A stretch of 64,000 nucleotides of DNA from Eledone cirrhosa. Lineage: Eukaryota. Below the pieces are notes generated by a model, which was not told the DNA's origin, searched no databases, and saw only the letters and a list, made by a program, of their open reading frames with translations. Location: positions 34,844,001 to 34,908,000 of the forward strand of contig OZ024754.1 in the NCBI GenBank assembly GCA_964016885.1, written 5' to 3'. Position numbers and translations under genes: made by a program. Position 1 is the stretch's first letter, and every line of letters starts with the position of its first letter. Below, in pieces: positions 14,300 to 28,800 of the stretch.

Positions 14300-17200
14300 A
14301 TATAGAAAGAAACTAAAGAATGTAGATGAAGTGTATATAGAAAGAAACTAAAGAATGTAGATGAAGTGTATACAGAAAGAAACTAAAGAATGTTGATGAA
14401 GTGTATACAGAAGGAAACTAAAGAATGTAGATGAAGTGTATATAGAAAGAAACTAAAGAATGTTGATGAAGTGTATATAGAAAGAAACTAAAGAATGTAG
14501 ATGTAGTGTATATAGAAAGAAACTAAAGAATGTTGATGAAGTGTATATAGAAAGAAACTAAATAATGTTGATGAAGTGTATACAGAAAGAAACTAAAGAA
14601 TGTAGATGAAGTGTATATAGAAAGAAACTAAAGAATATTAATAAAGTGTATATAGAAAGAAACTAAAGAATGTTGATGAAGTGTATATAGAAAGAAACTA
14701 AAGAATGTAGATGAAGTGTATATAGAAAGAAACTAAAGAATGTTGATGAAGTGTATATAGAAAGAAACTAAAGAATGTTGATGAAGTGTATATAGAAAGA
14801 AACTAAAGAATGTAGATGAAGTGTATATAGAAAGAAACTAAAGAATGTAGATGAAGTGTATACAGAAAGAAACTAAAGAATGTTGATGAAGTGTATACAA
14901 AAAGAAACTAAAGAATGTAGATGAAGTGTATATAGAAAGAAACTAAAGAATGTTGATGAAGTGTATATAGAAAGAAACTAAAGAATGTTGATGAAGTGTA
15001 TATAGAAATAAACTAAAGAATGTTGATGAAGTGTATATAGAAAGAAACTAAAGAATGTAGATGAAGTGTATATAGAAAGAAACTAAAGAATGTAGATGAA
15101 GTGTATACAGAAAGAAACTAAAGAATGTTGATGAAGTGTATACAGAAAGAAACTAAAGAATGTAGATGAAGTGTATATAGAAAGAAACTAAAGAATGTAG
15201 ATGTAGTGTATATAGAAAGAAACTAAAGAATGTTGATGAAGTGTATATAGAAAGAAACTAAAGAATGTTGATGAAGTGTATACAGAAAGAAACTAAAGAA
15301 TGTAGATGAAGTGTATATAGAAAGAAACTAAAGAATGTTGATGAAGTGTATACAGAAAGAAACTAAAGAATGTTGATGAAGTGTATACAGAAAGAAACTA
15401 AAGAATGTAGATGAAGTGTATACAGAAAGAAACTAAAGAATGTAGATGAAGTGTATATAGAAAGAAACTAAAGAATGTAGATGAAGTGTATATAGAAAGA
15501 AACTAAAGAATGTTGATGAAGTGTATACAGAAAGAAACTAAAGAATGTAGATGAAGTGTATATAGAAAGAAACTAAAGAATGTTGATGAAGTGTATATAG
15601 AAAGAAACTAAAGAATGTTGATGAAGTGTATATAGAAAGAAACTAAAGAATGTAGATGAAGTGTATATAGAAAGAAACTAAAGAATGTAGATGAAGTGTA
15701 TACAGAAAGAAACTAAAGAATGTTGATGAAGTGTATACAGAAAGAAACTAAAGAATGTAGATGAAGTGTATATAGAAAGAAACTAAAGAATGTTGATGAA
15801 GTGTATATAGAAAGAAACTAAATAATGTAGATGAAGTGTATATAGAAAGAAACTAAAGAATGTAGATGAAGTGTATACAGAAAGAAACTAAAGAATGTTG
15901 ATGAAGTGTATACAGAAAGAAACTAAAGAATGTAGATGAAGTGTATATAGAAAGAAACTAAAGAATGTTGATGAAGTGTATATAGAAATAAACTAAAGAA
16001 TGTTGATGAAGTGTATATAGAAAGAAACTAAAGAATGTAGATGAAGTGTATATAGAAAGAAACTAAAGAATGTAGATGAAGTGTATACAGAAAGAAACTA
16101 AAGAATGTTGATGAAGTGTATACAGAAAGAAACTAAAGAATGTAGATGAAGTGTATATAGAAAGAAACTAAAGAATGTAGATGTAGTGTATATAGAAAGA
16201 AACTAAAGAATGTTGATGAAGTGTATACAGAAAGAAACTAAAGAATGTAGATGAAGTGTATATAGAAAGAAACTAAAGAATGTAGATGAACTGTATACAG
16301 AAAGAAACTAAAGAATGTAGATGAAGTGTATATAGAAAGAAACTAAAGAATGTTGATGAAGTGTATATAGAAAGAAACTAAAGAATGTAGATGAAGTGTA
16401 TATAGAAAGAAACTAAAGAATGTAGATGTAGTGTATATAGAAAGAAACTAAAGAATGTTGATGAAGTGTATATAGAAAGAAACTAAAGAATGTAGATGAA
16501 GTGTATATAGAAAGAAACTAAAGAATGTAGATGAAGTGTATACAGAATGAAACTAAAGAATGTAGATGAAGTGTATACAGAAAGAAACTAAAGAATGTTG
16601 ATGAAGTGTATATAGAAAGAAACTAAAGAATGTAGATGAAGTGTATATAGAAAGAAACTAAAGAATGTAGATGAAGTGTATACAGAAAGAAACTAAAGAA
16701 TGTTGATGAAGTGTATACAGAAAGAAACTAAAGAATGTAGATGAAGTGTATATAGAAAGAAACTAAAGAATGTTGATGAAGTGTATATAGAAAGAAACTA
16801 AAGAATGTAGATGTAGTGTATGTAGAAAGAAACTAAAGAATGTTGATGAAGTGTATATAGAAAGAAACTAAATAATGTTGATGAAGTGTATACAGAAAGA
16901 AACTAAAGAATGTAGATGAAGTGTATATAGAAAGAAACTAAAGAATATTAATAAAGTGTATATAGAAAGAAACTAAAGAATGTTGATGAAGTGTATATAG
17001 AAAGAAACTAAAGAATGTAGATGAAGTGTATATAGAAAGAAACTAAAGAATGTTGATGAAGTGTATATAGAAAGAAACTAAAGAATGTTGATGAAGTGTA
17101 TATAGAAAGAAACTAAAGAATGTAGATGAAGTGTATATAGAAAGAAACTAAAGAATGTAGATGAAGTGTATACAGAAAGAAACTAAAGAATGTTGATGAA

Positions 17201-18830
17201 GTGTATACAGAAAGAAACTAAAGAATGTAGATGAAGTGTATATAGAAAGAAACTAAAGAATGTTGATGAAGTGTATATAGAAAGAAACTAAAGAATGTTG
17301 ATGAAGTGTATATAGAAATAAACTAAAGAATGTTGATGAAGTGTATATAGAAAGAAACTAAAGAATGTAGATGAAGTGTATATAGAAAGAAACTAAAGAA
17401 TGTAGATGAAGTGTATACAGAAAGAAACTAAAGAATGTTGATGAAGTGTATACAGAAAGAAACTAAAGAATGTAGATGAAGTGTATATAGAAAGAAACTA
17501 AAGAATGTAGATGTAGTGTATATAGAAAGAAACTAAAGAATGTTGATGAAGTGTATACAGAAAGAAACTAAAGAATGTAGATGAAGTGTATATAGAAAGA
17601 AACTAAAGAATGTTGATGAAGTGTATACAGAAAGAAACTAAAGAATGTTGATGAAGTGTATACAGAAAGAAACTAAAGAATGTAGATGAAGTGTATACAG
17701 AAAGAAACTAAAGAATGTAGATGAAGTGTATATAGAAAGAAACTAAAGAATGTAGATGAAGTGTATATAGAAAGAAACTAAAGAATGTTGATGAAGTGTA
17801 TACAGAAAGAAACTAAAGAATGTAGATGAAGTGTATATAGAAAGAAACTAAAGAATGTTGATGAAGTGTATATAGAAAGAAACTAAAGAATGTTGATGAA
17901 GTGTATATAGAAAGAAACTAAAGAATGTAGATGAAGTGTATATAGAAAGAAACTAAAGAATGTAGATGAAGTGTATACAGAAAGAAACTAAAGAATGTTG
18001 ATGAAGTGTATACAGAAAGAAACTAAAGAATGTAGATGAAGTGTATATAGAAAGAAACTAAAGAATGTTGATGAAGTGTATATAGAAAGAAACTAAATAA
18101 TGTAGATGAAGTGTATATAGAAAGAAACTAAAGAATGTAGATGAAGTGTATACAGAAAGAAACTAAAGAATGTTGATGAAGTGTATACAGAAAGAAACTA
18201 AAGAATGTAGATGAAGTGTATATAGAAAGAAACTAAAGAATGTTGATGAAGTGTATATAGAAATAAACTAAAGAATGTTGATGAAGTGTATATAGAAAGA
18301 AACTAAAGAATGTAGATGAAGTGTATATAGAAAGAAACTAAAGAATGTAGATGAAGTGTATACAGAAAGAAACTAAAGAATGTTGATGAAGTGTATACAG
18401 AAAGAAACTAAAGAATGTAGATGAAGTGTATATAGAAAGAAACTAAAGAATGTAGATGTAGTGTATATAGAAAGAAACTAAAGAATGTAGATGAAGTGTA
18501 TATAGAAAGAAACTAAAGAATGTAGATGAACTGTATACAGAAAGAAACTAAAGAATGTAGATGAAGTGTATATAGAAAGAAACTAAAGAATGTTGATGAA
18601 GTGTATATAGAAAGAAACTAAAGAATGTAGATGAAGTGTATATAGAAAGAAACTAAAGAATGTAGATGTAGTGTATATAGAAAGAAACTAAAGAATGTTG
18701 ATGAAGTGTATATAGAAAGAAACTAAAGAATGTAGATGAAGTGTATATAGAAAGAAACTAAAGAATGTAGATGAAGTGTATACAGAATGAAACTAAAGAA
18801 TGTAGATGAAGTGTATACAGAAAGAAACTA
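14300..18830. repeat. Tandem block duplication, period 2,310 bp shrinking to 2,240 bp (66 to 64 monomers)
   Basis: tattaataa 14636/16946 and gaaataaact ~15005/~17315 pair at +2310. aataatgtag 15821/18096 pairs at +2275. ctgtatacag 16291/18531 pairs at +2240. Confidence 0.82.
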
Positions 18831-21800
18831 AAGAATATTGATGAAGTGTATATAGAAAGAAACTAAAGAATGTTGATGAAGTGTATACAGAAAGAAACTA
18901 AAGAATGTAGATGAAGTGTATATAGAAAGAAACTAAAGAATGTAGATGTAGTGTATATAGAAAGAAACTAAAGAATGTAGATGAAGTGTATATAGAAAGA
19001 AACTAAAGAATGTAGATGTAGTGTATATAGAAAGAAACTAAAGAATGTTGATGAAGTGTATATAGAAAGAAACTAAAGAATGTTGATGAAGTGTATATAG
19101 AAAGAAACTAAAGAATGTAGATGAAGTGTATACAGAAAGAAACTAAAGAATGTAGATGAAGTGTATACAGAAGGAAACTAAAGAATGTTGATGAAGTGTA
19201 TACAGAAAGAAACTAAAGAATGTTGATGAAGTGTATACAGAAAGAAACTAAAGAATGTTGATGAAGTGTATACAGAAAGAAACTAAAGAATGTAGATGAA
19301 GTGTATACAGAAAGAAACTAAAGAATGTAGATGTAGTGTATATAGAAAGAAACTAAAGAATGTAGATGAAGTGTATACAGAATGAAACTAAAGAATGTAG
19401 ATGAAGTGTATACAGAAAGAAACTAAAGAATGTTGATGAAGTGTATATAGAAAGAAACTAAAGAATGTTGATGAAGTGTATACAGAAAGAAACTAAAGAA
19501 TGTAGATGAAGTGTATATAGAAAGAAACTAAAGAATGTAGATGTAGTGTATATAGAAAGAAACTAAAGAATGTAGATGAAGTGTATATAGAAAGAAACTA
19601 AAGAATGTAGATGTAGTGTATATAGAAAGAAACTAAAGAATGTTGATGAAGTGTATATAGAAAGAAACTAAAGAATGTTGATGAAGTGTATATAGAAAGA
19701 AACTAAAGAATGTAGATGAAGTGTATACAGAAAGAAACTAAAGAATGTAGATGAAGTGTATACAGAAAGAAACTAAAGAATGTTGATGAAGTGTATACAG
19801 AAAGAAACTAAAGAATGTAGATGAAGTGTATATAGAAAGAAACTAAAGAATGTTGATGAAGTGTATATAGAAAGAAACTAAAGAATGTTGATGAAGTGTA
19901 TATAGAAAGAAACTAAAGAATGTAGATGAAGTGTATATAGAAAGAAACTAAAGAATGTAGATGAAGTGTATACAGAAAGAAACTAAAGAATGTTGATGAA
20001 GTGTATACAGAAAGAAACTAAAGAATGTAGATGAAGTGTATATAGAAAGAAACTAAAGAATGTTGATGAAGTGTATATAGAAAGAAACTAAATAATGTAG
20101 ATGAAGTGTATATAGAAAGAAACTAAAGAATGTAGATGAAGTGTATACAGAAAGAAACTAAAGAATGTTGATGAAGTGTATACAGAAAGAAACTAAAGAA
20201 TGTAGATGAAGTGTATATAGAAAGAAACTAAAGAATGTTGATGAAGTGTATATAGAAATAAACTAAAGAATGTTGATGAAGTGTATATAGAAAGAAACTA
20301 AAGAATGTAGATGAAGTGTATATAGAAAGAAACTAAAGAATGTAGATGAAGTGTATACAGAAAGAAACTAAAGAATGTTGATGAAGTGTATACAGAAAAA
20401 AACTAAAGAATGTAGATGAAGTGTATATAGAAAGAAACTAAAGAATGTAGATGTAGTGTATATAGAAAGAAACTAAAGAATGTTGATGAAGTGTATACAG
20501 AAAGAAACTAAAGAATGTAGATGAAGTGTATATAGAAAGAAACTAAAGAATGTTGATGAAGTGTATATAGAAAGAAACTAAATAATGTAGATGAAGTGTA
20601 TATAGAAAGAAACTAAAGAATGTAGATGAAGTGTATACAGAAAGAAACTAAAGAATGTTGATGAAGTGTATACATAAAGAAACTAAAGAATGTAGATGAA
20701 GTGTATATAGAAAGAAACTAAAGAATGTAGATGAAGTGTATATAGAAAGAAACTAAAGAATGTAGATGTAGTGTATATAGAAAGAAACTAAAGAATGTTG
20801 ATGAAGTGTATACAGAAAGAAACTAAAGAATGTAGATGAAGTGTATATAGAAAGAAACTAAAGAATGTAGATGAACTGTATACAGAAAGAAACTAAAGAA
20901 TGTAGATGAAGTGTATATAGAAAGAAACTAAAGAATGTTGATGAAGTGTATATAGAAAGAAACTAAAGAATGTAGATGAAGTGTATATAGAAAGAAACTA
21001 AAGAATGTAGATGTAGTGTATATAGAAAGAAACTAAAGAATGTTGATGAAGTGTATATAGAAAGAAACTAAAGAATGTAGATGAAGTGTATATAGAAAGA
21101 AACTAAAGAATGTAGATGAAGTGTATACAGAATGAAACTAAAGAATGTAGATGAAGTGTATACAGAAAGAAACTAAAGAATGTAGATGAAGTGTATATAG
21201 AAAGAAACTAAAGAATGTTGATGAAGTGTATATAGAAATAAACTAAAGAATGTTGATGAAGTGTATATAGAAAGAAACTAAAGAATGTAGATGAAGTGTA
21301 TATAGAAAGAAACTAAAGAATGTAGATGAAGTGTATACAGAAAGAAACTAAAGAATGTTGATGAAGTGTATACAGAAAGAAACTAAAGAATGTAGATGAA
21401 GTGTATATAGAAAGAAACTAAAGAATGTAGATGTAGTGTATATAGAAAGAAACTAAAGAATGTTGATGAAGTGTATACAGAAAGAAACTAAAGAATGTAG
21501 ATGAAGTGTATATAGAAAGAAACTAAAGAATGTAGATGAACTGTATACAGAAAGAAACTAAAGAATGTAGATGAAGTGTATATAGAAAGAAACTAAAGAA
21601 TGTTGATGAAGTGTATATAGAAAGAAACTAAAGAATGTAGATGAAGTGTATATAGAAAGAAACTAAAGAATGTAGATGTAGTGTATATAGAAAGAAACTA
21701 AAGAATGTTGATGAAGTGTATATAGAAAGAAACTAAAGAATGTAGATGAAGTGTATATAGAAAGAAACTAAAGAATGTAGATGAAGTGTATACAGAATGA

Positions 21801-24185
21801 AACTAAAGAATGTAGATGAAGTGTATACAGAAAGAAACTAAAGAATATTGATGAAGTGTATATAGAAAGAAACTAAAGAATGTTGATGAAGTGTATACAG
21901 AAAGAAACTAAAGAATGTAGATGAAGTGTATATAGAAAGAAACTAAAGAATGTAGATGTAGTGTATATAGAAAGAAACTAAAGAATGTAGATGAAGTGTA
22001 TATAGAAAGAAACTAAAGAATGTAGATGTAGTGTATATAGAAAGAAACTAAAGAATGTTGATGAAGTGTATATAGAAAGAAACTAAAGAATGTTGATGAA
22101 GTGTATATAGAAAGAAACTAAAGAATGTAGATGAAGTGTATACAGAAAGAAACTAAAGAATGTAGATGAAGTGTATACAGAAGGAAACTAAAGAATGTTG
22201 ATGAAGTGTATACAGAAAGAAACTAAAGAATGTTGATGAAGTGTATACAGAAAGAAACTAAAGAATGTTGATGAAGTGTATACAGAAAGAAACTAAAGAA
22301 TGTAGATGAAGTGTATACAGAAAGAAACTAAAGAATGTAGATGTAGTGTATATAGAAAGAAACTAAAGAATGTAGATGAAGTGTATACAGAATGAAACTA
22401 AAGAATGTAGATGAAGTGTATACAGAAAGAAACTAAAGAATGTTGATGAAGTGTATATAGAAAGAAACTAAAGAATGTTGATGAAGTGTATACAGAAAGA
22501 AACTAAAGAATGTAGATGAAGTGTATATAGAAAGAAACTAAAGAATGTAGATGTAGTGTATATAGAAAGAAACTAAAGAATGTAGATGAAGTGTATATAG
22601 AAAGAAACTAAAGAATGTAGATGTAGTGTATATAGAAAGAAACTAAAGAATGTTGATGAAGTGTATATAGAAAGAAACTAAAGAATGTTGATGAAGTGTA
22701 TATAGAAAGAAACTAAAGAATGTAGATGAAGTGTATACAGAAAGAAACTAAAGAATGTAGATGAAGTGTATACAGAAAGAAACTAAAGAATGTTGATGAA
22801 GTGTATACAGAAAGAAACTAAAGAATGTAGATGAAGTGTATATAGAAAGAAACTAAAGAATGTTGATGAAGTGTATATAGAAAGAAACTAAAGAATGTTG
22901 ATGAAGTGTATATAGAAAGAAACTAAAGAATGTAGATGAAGTGTATATAGAAAGAAACTAAAGAATGTAGATGAAGTGTATACAGAAAGAAACTAAAGAA
23001 TGTTGATGAAGTGTATACAGAAAGAAACTAAAGAATGTAGATGAAGTGTATATAGAAAGAAACTAAAGAATGTTGATGAAGTGTATATAGAAAGAAACTA
23101 AATAATGTAGATGAAGTGTATATAGAAAGAAACTAAAGAATGTAGATGAAGTGTATACAGAAAGAAACTAAAGAATGTTGATGAAGTGTATACAGAAAGA
23201 AACTAAAGAATGTAGATGAAGTGTATATAGAAAGAAACTAAAGAATGTTGATGAAGTGTATATAGAAATAAACTAAAGAATGTTGATGAAGTGTATATAG
23301 AAAGAAACTAAAGAATGTAGATGAAGTGTATATAGAAAGAAACTAAAGAATGTAGATGAAGTGTATACAGAAAGAAACTAAAGAATGTTGATGAAGTGTA
23401 TACAGAAAAAAACTAAAGAATGTAGATGAAGTGTATATAGAAAGAAACTAAAGAATGTAGATGTAGTGTATATAGAAAGAAACTAAAGAATGTTGATGAA
23501 GTGTATACAGAAAGAAACTAAAGAATGTAGATGAAGTGTATATAGAAAGAAACTAAAGAATGTTGATGAAGTGTATATAGAAAGAAACTAAATAATGTAG
23601 ATGAAGTGTATATAGAAAGAAACTAAAGAATGTAGATGAAGTGTATACAGAAAGAAACTAAAGAATGTTGATGAAGTGTATACATAAAGAAACTAAAGAA
23701 TGTAGATGAAGTGTATATAGAAAGAAACTAAAGAATGTAGATGAAGTGTATATAGAAAGAAACTAAAGAATGTAGATGTAGTGTATATAGAAAGAAACTA
23801 AAGAATGTTGATGAAGTGTATACAGAAAGAAACTAAAGAATGTAGATGAAGTGTATATAGAAAGAAACTAAAGAATGTAGATGAACGTGTATACAGAAAG
23901 AAACTAAAGAATGTAGATGAAGTGTATATAGAAAGAAACTAAAGAATGTTGATGAAGTGTATATAGAAAGAAACTAAAGAATGTAGATGAAGTGTATATA
24001 GAAAGAAACTAAAGAATGTAGATGTAGTGTATATAGAAAGAAACTAAAGAATGTTGATGAAGTGTATATAGAAAGAAACTAAAGAATGTAGATGAAGTGT
24101 ATATAGAAAGAAACTAAAGAATGTAGATGAAGTGTATACAGAATGAAACTAAAGAATGTAGATGAAGTGTATACAGAAAGAAACT
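18195..24185. repeat. Tandem block duplication, period about 3,010 bp (86 monomers)
   Basis: Markers pair at +3010: ctgtatacag 18531/21541, aagaatattg 18831/21841, aaggaaacta 19171/22181, tacagaaaaa 20391/23401, tacataaaga 20671/23681. Confidence 0.92.
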
Positions 24186-25895
24186 AAAGAATGTTGATGA
24201 AGTGTATATAGAAAGAAACTAAAGAATGTTGATGAAGTGTATACAGAAAGAAACTAAAGAATGTAGATGAAGTGTATATAGAAAGAAACTAAAGAATGTA
24301 GATGTAGTGTATATAGAAAGAAACTAAAGAATGTAGATGAAGTGTATATAGAAAGAAACTAAAGAATGTAGATGTAGTGTATATAGAAAGAAACTAAAGA
24401 ATGTTGATGAAGTGTATATAGAAAGAAACTAAAGAATGTTGATGAAGTGTATATAGAAAGAAACTAAAGAATGTAGATGAAGTGTATACAGAAAGAAACT
24501 AAAGAATGTAGATGAAGTGTATACAGAAGGAAACTAAAGAATGTTGATGAAGTGTATACAGAAAGAAACTAAAGAATGTTGATGAAGTGTATACAGAAAG
24601 AAACTAAAGAATGTTGATGAAGTGTATACAGAAAGAAACTAAAGAATGTAGATGAAGTGTATACAGAAAGAAACTAAAGAATGTAGATGTAGTGTATATA
24701 GAAAGAAACTAAAGAATGTAGATGAAGTGTATACAGAATGAAACTAAAGAATGTAGATGAAGTGTATACAGAAAGAAACTAAAGAATGTTGATGAAGTGT
24801 ATATAGAAAGAAACTAAAGAATGTTGATGAAGTGTATACAGAAAGAAACTAAAGAATGTAGATGAAGTGTATATAGAAAGAAACTAAAGAATGTAGATGT
24901 AGTGTATATAGAAAGAAACTAAAGAATGTAGATGAAGTGTATATAGAAAGAAACTAAAGAATGTAGATGTAGTGTATATAGAAAGAAACTAAAGAATGTT
25001 GATGAAGTGTATATAGAAAGAAACTAAAGAATGTTGATGAAGTGTATATAGAAAGAAACTAAAGAATGTAGATGAAGTGTATACAGAAAGAAACTAAAGA
25101 ATGTAGATGAAGTGTATACAGAAAGAAACTAAAGAATGTTGATGAAGTGTATACAGAAAGAAACTAAAGAATGTTGATGAAGTGTATACAGAAAGAAACT
25201 AAAGAATGTTGATGAAGTGTATACAGAAAGAAACTAAAGAATGTAGATGAAGTGTATACAGAAAGAAACTAAAGAATGTAGATGTAGTGTATATAGAAAG
25301 AAACTAAAGAATGTAGATGAAGTGTATACAGAATGAAACTAAAGAATGTAGATGAAGTGTATACAGAAAGAAACTAAAGAATGTTGATGAAGTGTATATA
25401 GAAAGAAACTAAAGAATGTTGATGAAGTGTATACAGAAAGAAACTAAAGAATGTAGATGAAGTGTATATAGAAAGAAACTAAAGAATGTAGATGTAGTGT
25501 ATATAGAAAGAAACTAAAGAATGTAGATGAAGTGTATATAGAAAGAAACTAAAGAATGTAGATGTAGTGTATATAGAAAGAAACTAAAGAATGTTGATGA
25601 AGTGTATATAGAAAGAAACTAAAGAATGTTGATGAAGTGTATATAGAAAGAAACTAAAGAATGTAGATGAAGTGTATACAGAAAGAAACTAAAGAATGTA
25701 GATGAAGTGTATACAGAAAGAAACTAAAGAATGTTGATGAAGTGTATACAGAAAGAAACTAAAGAATGTTGATGAAGTGTATACAGAAAGAAACTAAAGA
25801 ATGTTGATGAAGTGTATACAGAAAGAAACTAAAGAATGTAGATGAAGTGTATACAGAAAGAAACTAAAGAATGTAGATGTAGTGTATATAGAAAG
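24110..25895. repeat. Three tandem copies of a 17-monomer (595-bp) higher-order cassette
   Basis: The gaatgaaact marker falls at 24141, 24736 and 25331 (595-bp spacing) with the same order of monomer variants in between. Confidence 0.85.
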
Positions 25896-28800
25896 AAACT
25901 AAAGAATGTAGATGAAGTGTATATAGAAAGAAACTAAAGAATGTTGATGAAGTGTATATAGAAATAAACTAAAGAATGTTGATGAAGTGTATATAGAAAG
26001 AAACTAAAGAATGTAGATGAAGTGTATATAGAAAGAAACTAAAGAATGTAGATGAAGTGTATACAGAAAGAAACTAAAGAATGTTGATGAAGTGTATACA
26101 GAAAGAAACTAAAGAATGTAGATGAAGTGTATATAGAAAGAAACTAAAGAATGTAGATGTAGTGTATATAGAAAGAAACTGAAGAATGTTGATGAAGTGT
26201 ATACAGAAAGAAACTAAAGAATGTAGATGAAGTGTATACAGAAAGAAACTAAAGAATGTAGATGAAGTGTATATAGAAAGAAACTAAAGAATGTTGATGA
26301 AGTGTATATAGAAAGAAACTAAAGAATGTAGATGAAGTGTATATAGAAAGAAACTAAAGAATGTAGATGTAGTGTATATAGAAAGAAACTAAAGAATGTT
26401 GATGAAGTGTATATAGAAAGAAACTAAAGAATGTAGATGAAGTGTATATAGAAAGAAACTAAAGAATGTAGATGAAGTGTATACAGAATGAAACTAAAGA
26501 ATGTAGATGAAGTGTATACAGAATGAAACTAAAGAATGTTGATGAAGTGTATATAGAAAGAAACTAAAGAATGTTGATGAAGTGTATACAGAAAGAAACT
26601 AAAGAATGTAGATGAAGTGTATATAGAAAGAAACTAAAGAATGTAGATGTAGTGTATATAGAAAGAAACTAAAGAATGTAGATGAAGTGTATATAGAAAG
26701 AAACTAAAGAATGTAGATGTAGTGTATATAGAAAGAAACTAAAGAATGTTGATGAAGTGTATATAGAAAGAAACTAAAGAATGTTGATGAAGTGTATATA
26801 GAAAGAAACTAAAGAATGTAGATGAAGTGTATACAGAAAGAAACTAAAGAATGTAGATGAAGTGTATACAGAAAGAAACTAAAGAATGTTGATGAAGTGT
26901 ATACAGAAAGAAACTAAAGAATGTTGATGAAGTGTATACAGAAAGAAACTAAAGAATGTTGATGAAGTGTATACAGAAAGAAACTAAAGAATGTAGATGA
27001 AGTGTATACAGAAAGAAACTAAAGAATGTAGATGTAGTGTATATAGAAAGAAACTAAAGAATGTAGATGAAGTGTATACAGAATGAAACTAAAGAATGTA
27101 GATGAAGTGTATACAGAAAGAAACTAAAGAATGTTGATGAAGTGTATATAGAAAGAAACTAAAGAATGTTGATGAAGTGTATACAGAAAGAAACTAAAGA
27201 ATGTAGATGAAGTGTATACAGAAAGAAACTAAAGAATGTTGATGAAGTGTATACAGAATGAAACTAAAGAATGTTGATGAAGTGTATATAGAAAGAAACT
27301 AAAGAATGTTGATGAAGTGTATATAGAAAGAAACTAAAGAATGTAGATGAAGTGTATACAGAAAGAAACTAAAGAATGTTGATGAAGTGTATATAGAAAG
27401 AAACTAAAGAATGTTGATGAAGTGTATACAGAAAGAAACTAAAGAATGTTAATGAAGTGTATACAGAAAGAAACTAAAGAATGTAGATGAAGTGTATACA
27501 GAAAGAAACTAAAGAATGTTGATGAAGTGTATACAGAAAGAAACTAAAGAATGTTGATGAAGTGTATACAGAAAGAAACTAAAGAATGTAGATGAAGTGT
27601 ATATAGAAAGAAACTAAAGAATGTTGATGAAGTGTATATAGAAAGAAACTAAAGAATGTTGATGAAGTGTATATAGAAAGAAACTAAAGAATGTAGATGA
27701 AGTGTAAATAGAAAGAAACTAAAGAATGTAGATGAAGTGTATACAGAAAGAAACTAAAGAATGTTGATGAAGTGTATACAGAAAGAAACTAAAGAATGTA
27801 GATGAAGTGTATATAGAAAGAAACTAAAGAATGTTGATGAAGTGTATACAGAAAGAAACTAAAGAATGTAGATGAAGTGTATATAGAAAGAAACTAAAGA
27901 ATGTTGATGAAGTGTATATAGAAAGAAACTAAAGAATGTAGATGTAGTGTATATAGAAAGAAACTAAAGAATGTTGATGAAGTGTATATAGAAAGAAACT
28001 AAATAATGTTGATGAAGTGTATACAGAAAGAAACTAAAGAATGTAGATGAAGTGTATATAGAAAGAAACTAAAGAATATTAATAAAGTGTATATAGAAAG
28101 AAACTAAAGAATGTTGATGAAGTGTATATAGAAAGAAACTAAAGAATGTAGATGAAGTGTATATAGAAAGAAACTAAAGAATGTTGATGAAGTGTATATA
28201 GAAAGAAACTAAAGAATGTTGATGAAGTGTATATAGAAAGAAACTAAAGAATGTAGATGAAGTGTATATAGAAAGAAACTAAAGAATGTAGATGAAGTGT
28301 ATACAGAAAGAAACTAAAGAATGTTGATGAAGTGTATACAGAAAGAAACTAAAGAATGTAGATGAAGTGTATATAGAAAGAAACTAAAGAATGTTGATGA
28401 AGTGTATATAGAAAGAAACTAAAGAATGTTGATGAAGTGTATATAGAAATAAACTAAAGAATGTTGATGAAGTGTATATAGAAAGAAACTAAAGAATGTA
28501 GATGAAGTGTATATAGAAAGAAACTAAAGAATGTAGATGAAGTGTATACAGAAAGAAACTAAAGAATGTTGATGAAGTGTATACAGAAAGAAACTAAAGA
28601 ATGTAGATGAAGTGTATATAGAAAGAAACTAAAGAATGTAGATGTAGTGTATATAGAAAGAAACTAAAGAATGTTGATGAAGTGTATACAGAAAGAAACT
28701 AAAGAATGTAGATGAAGTGTATATAGAAAGAAACTAAAGAATGTTGATGAAGTGTATACAGAAAGAAACTAAAGAATGTTGATGAAGTGTATACAGAAAG

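Noticed and set aside
16291-16300. LexA/SOS-box-like CTGTATA...CAG and TATA-box-like TATATAG motifs
   Set aside because: The spacing does not fit CTG-N10-CAG, such motifs are expected by chance in AT-rich repeats, and there is no downstream gene.
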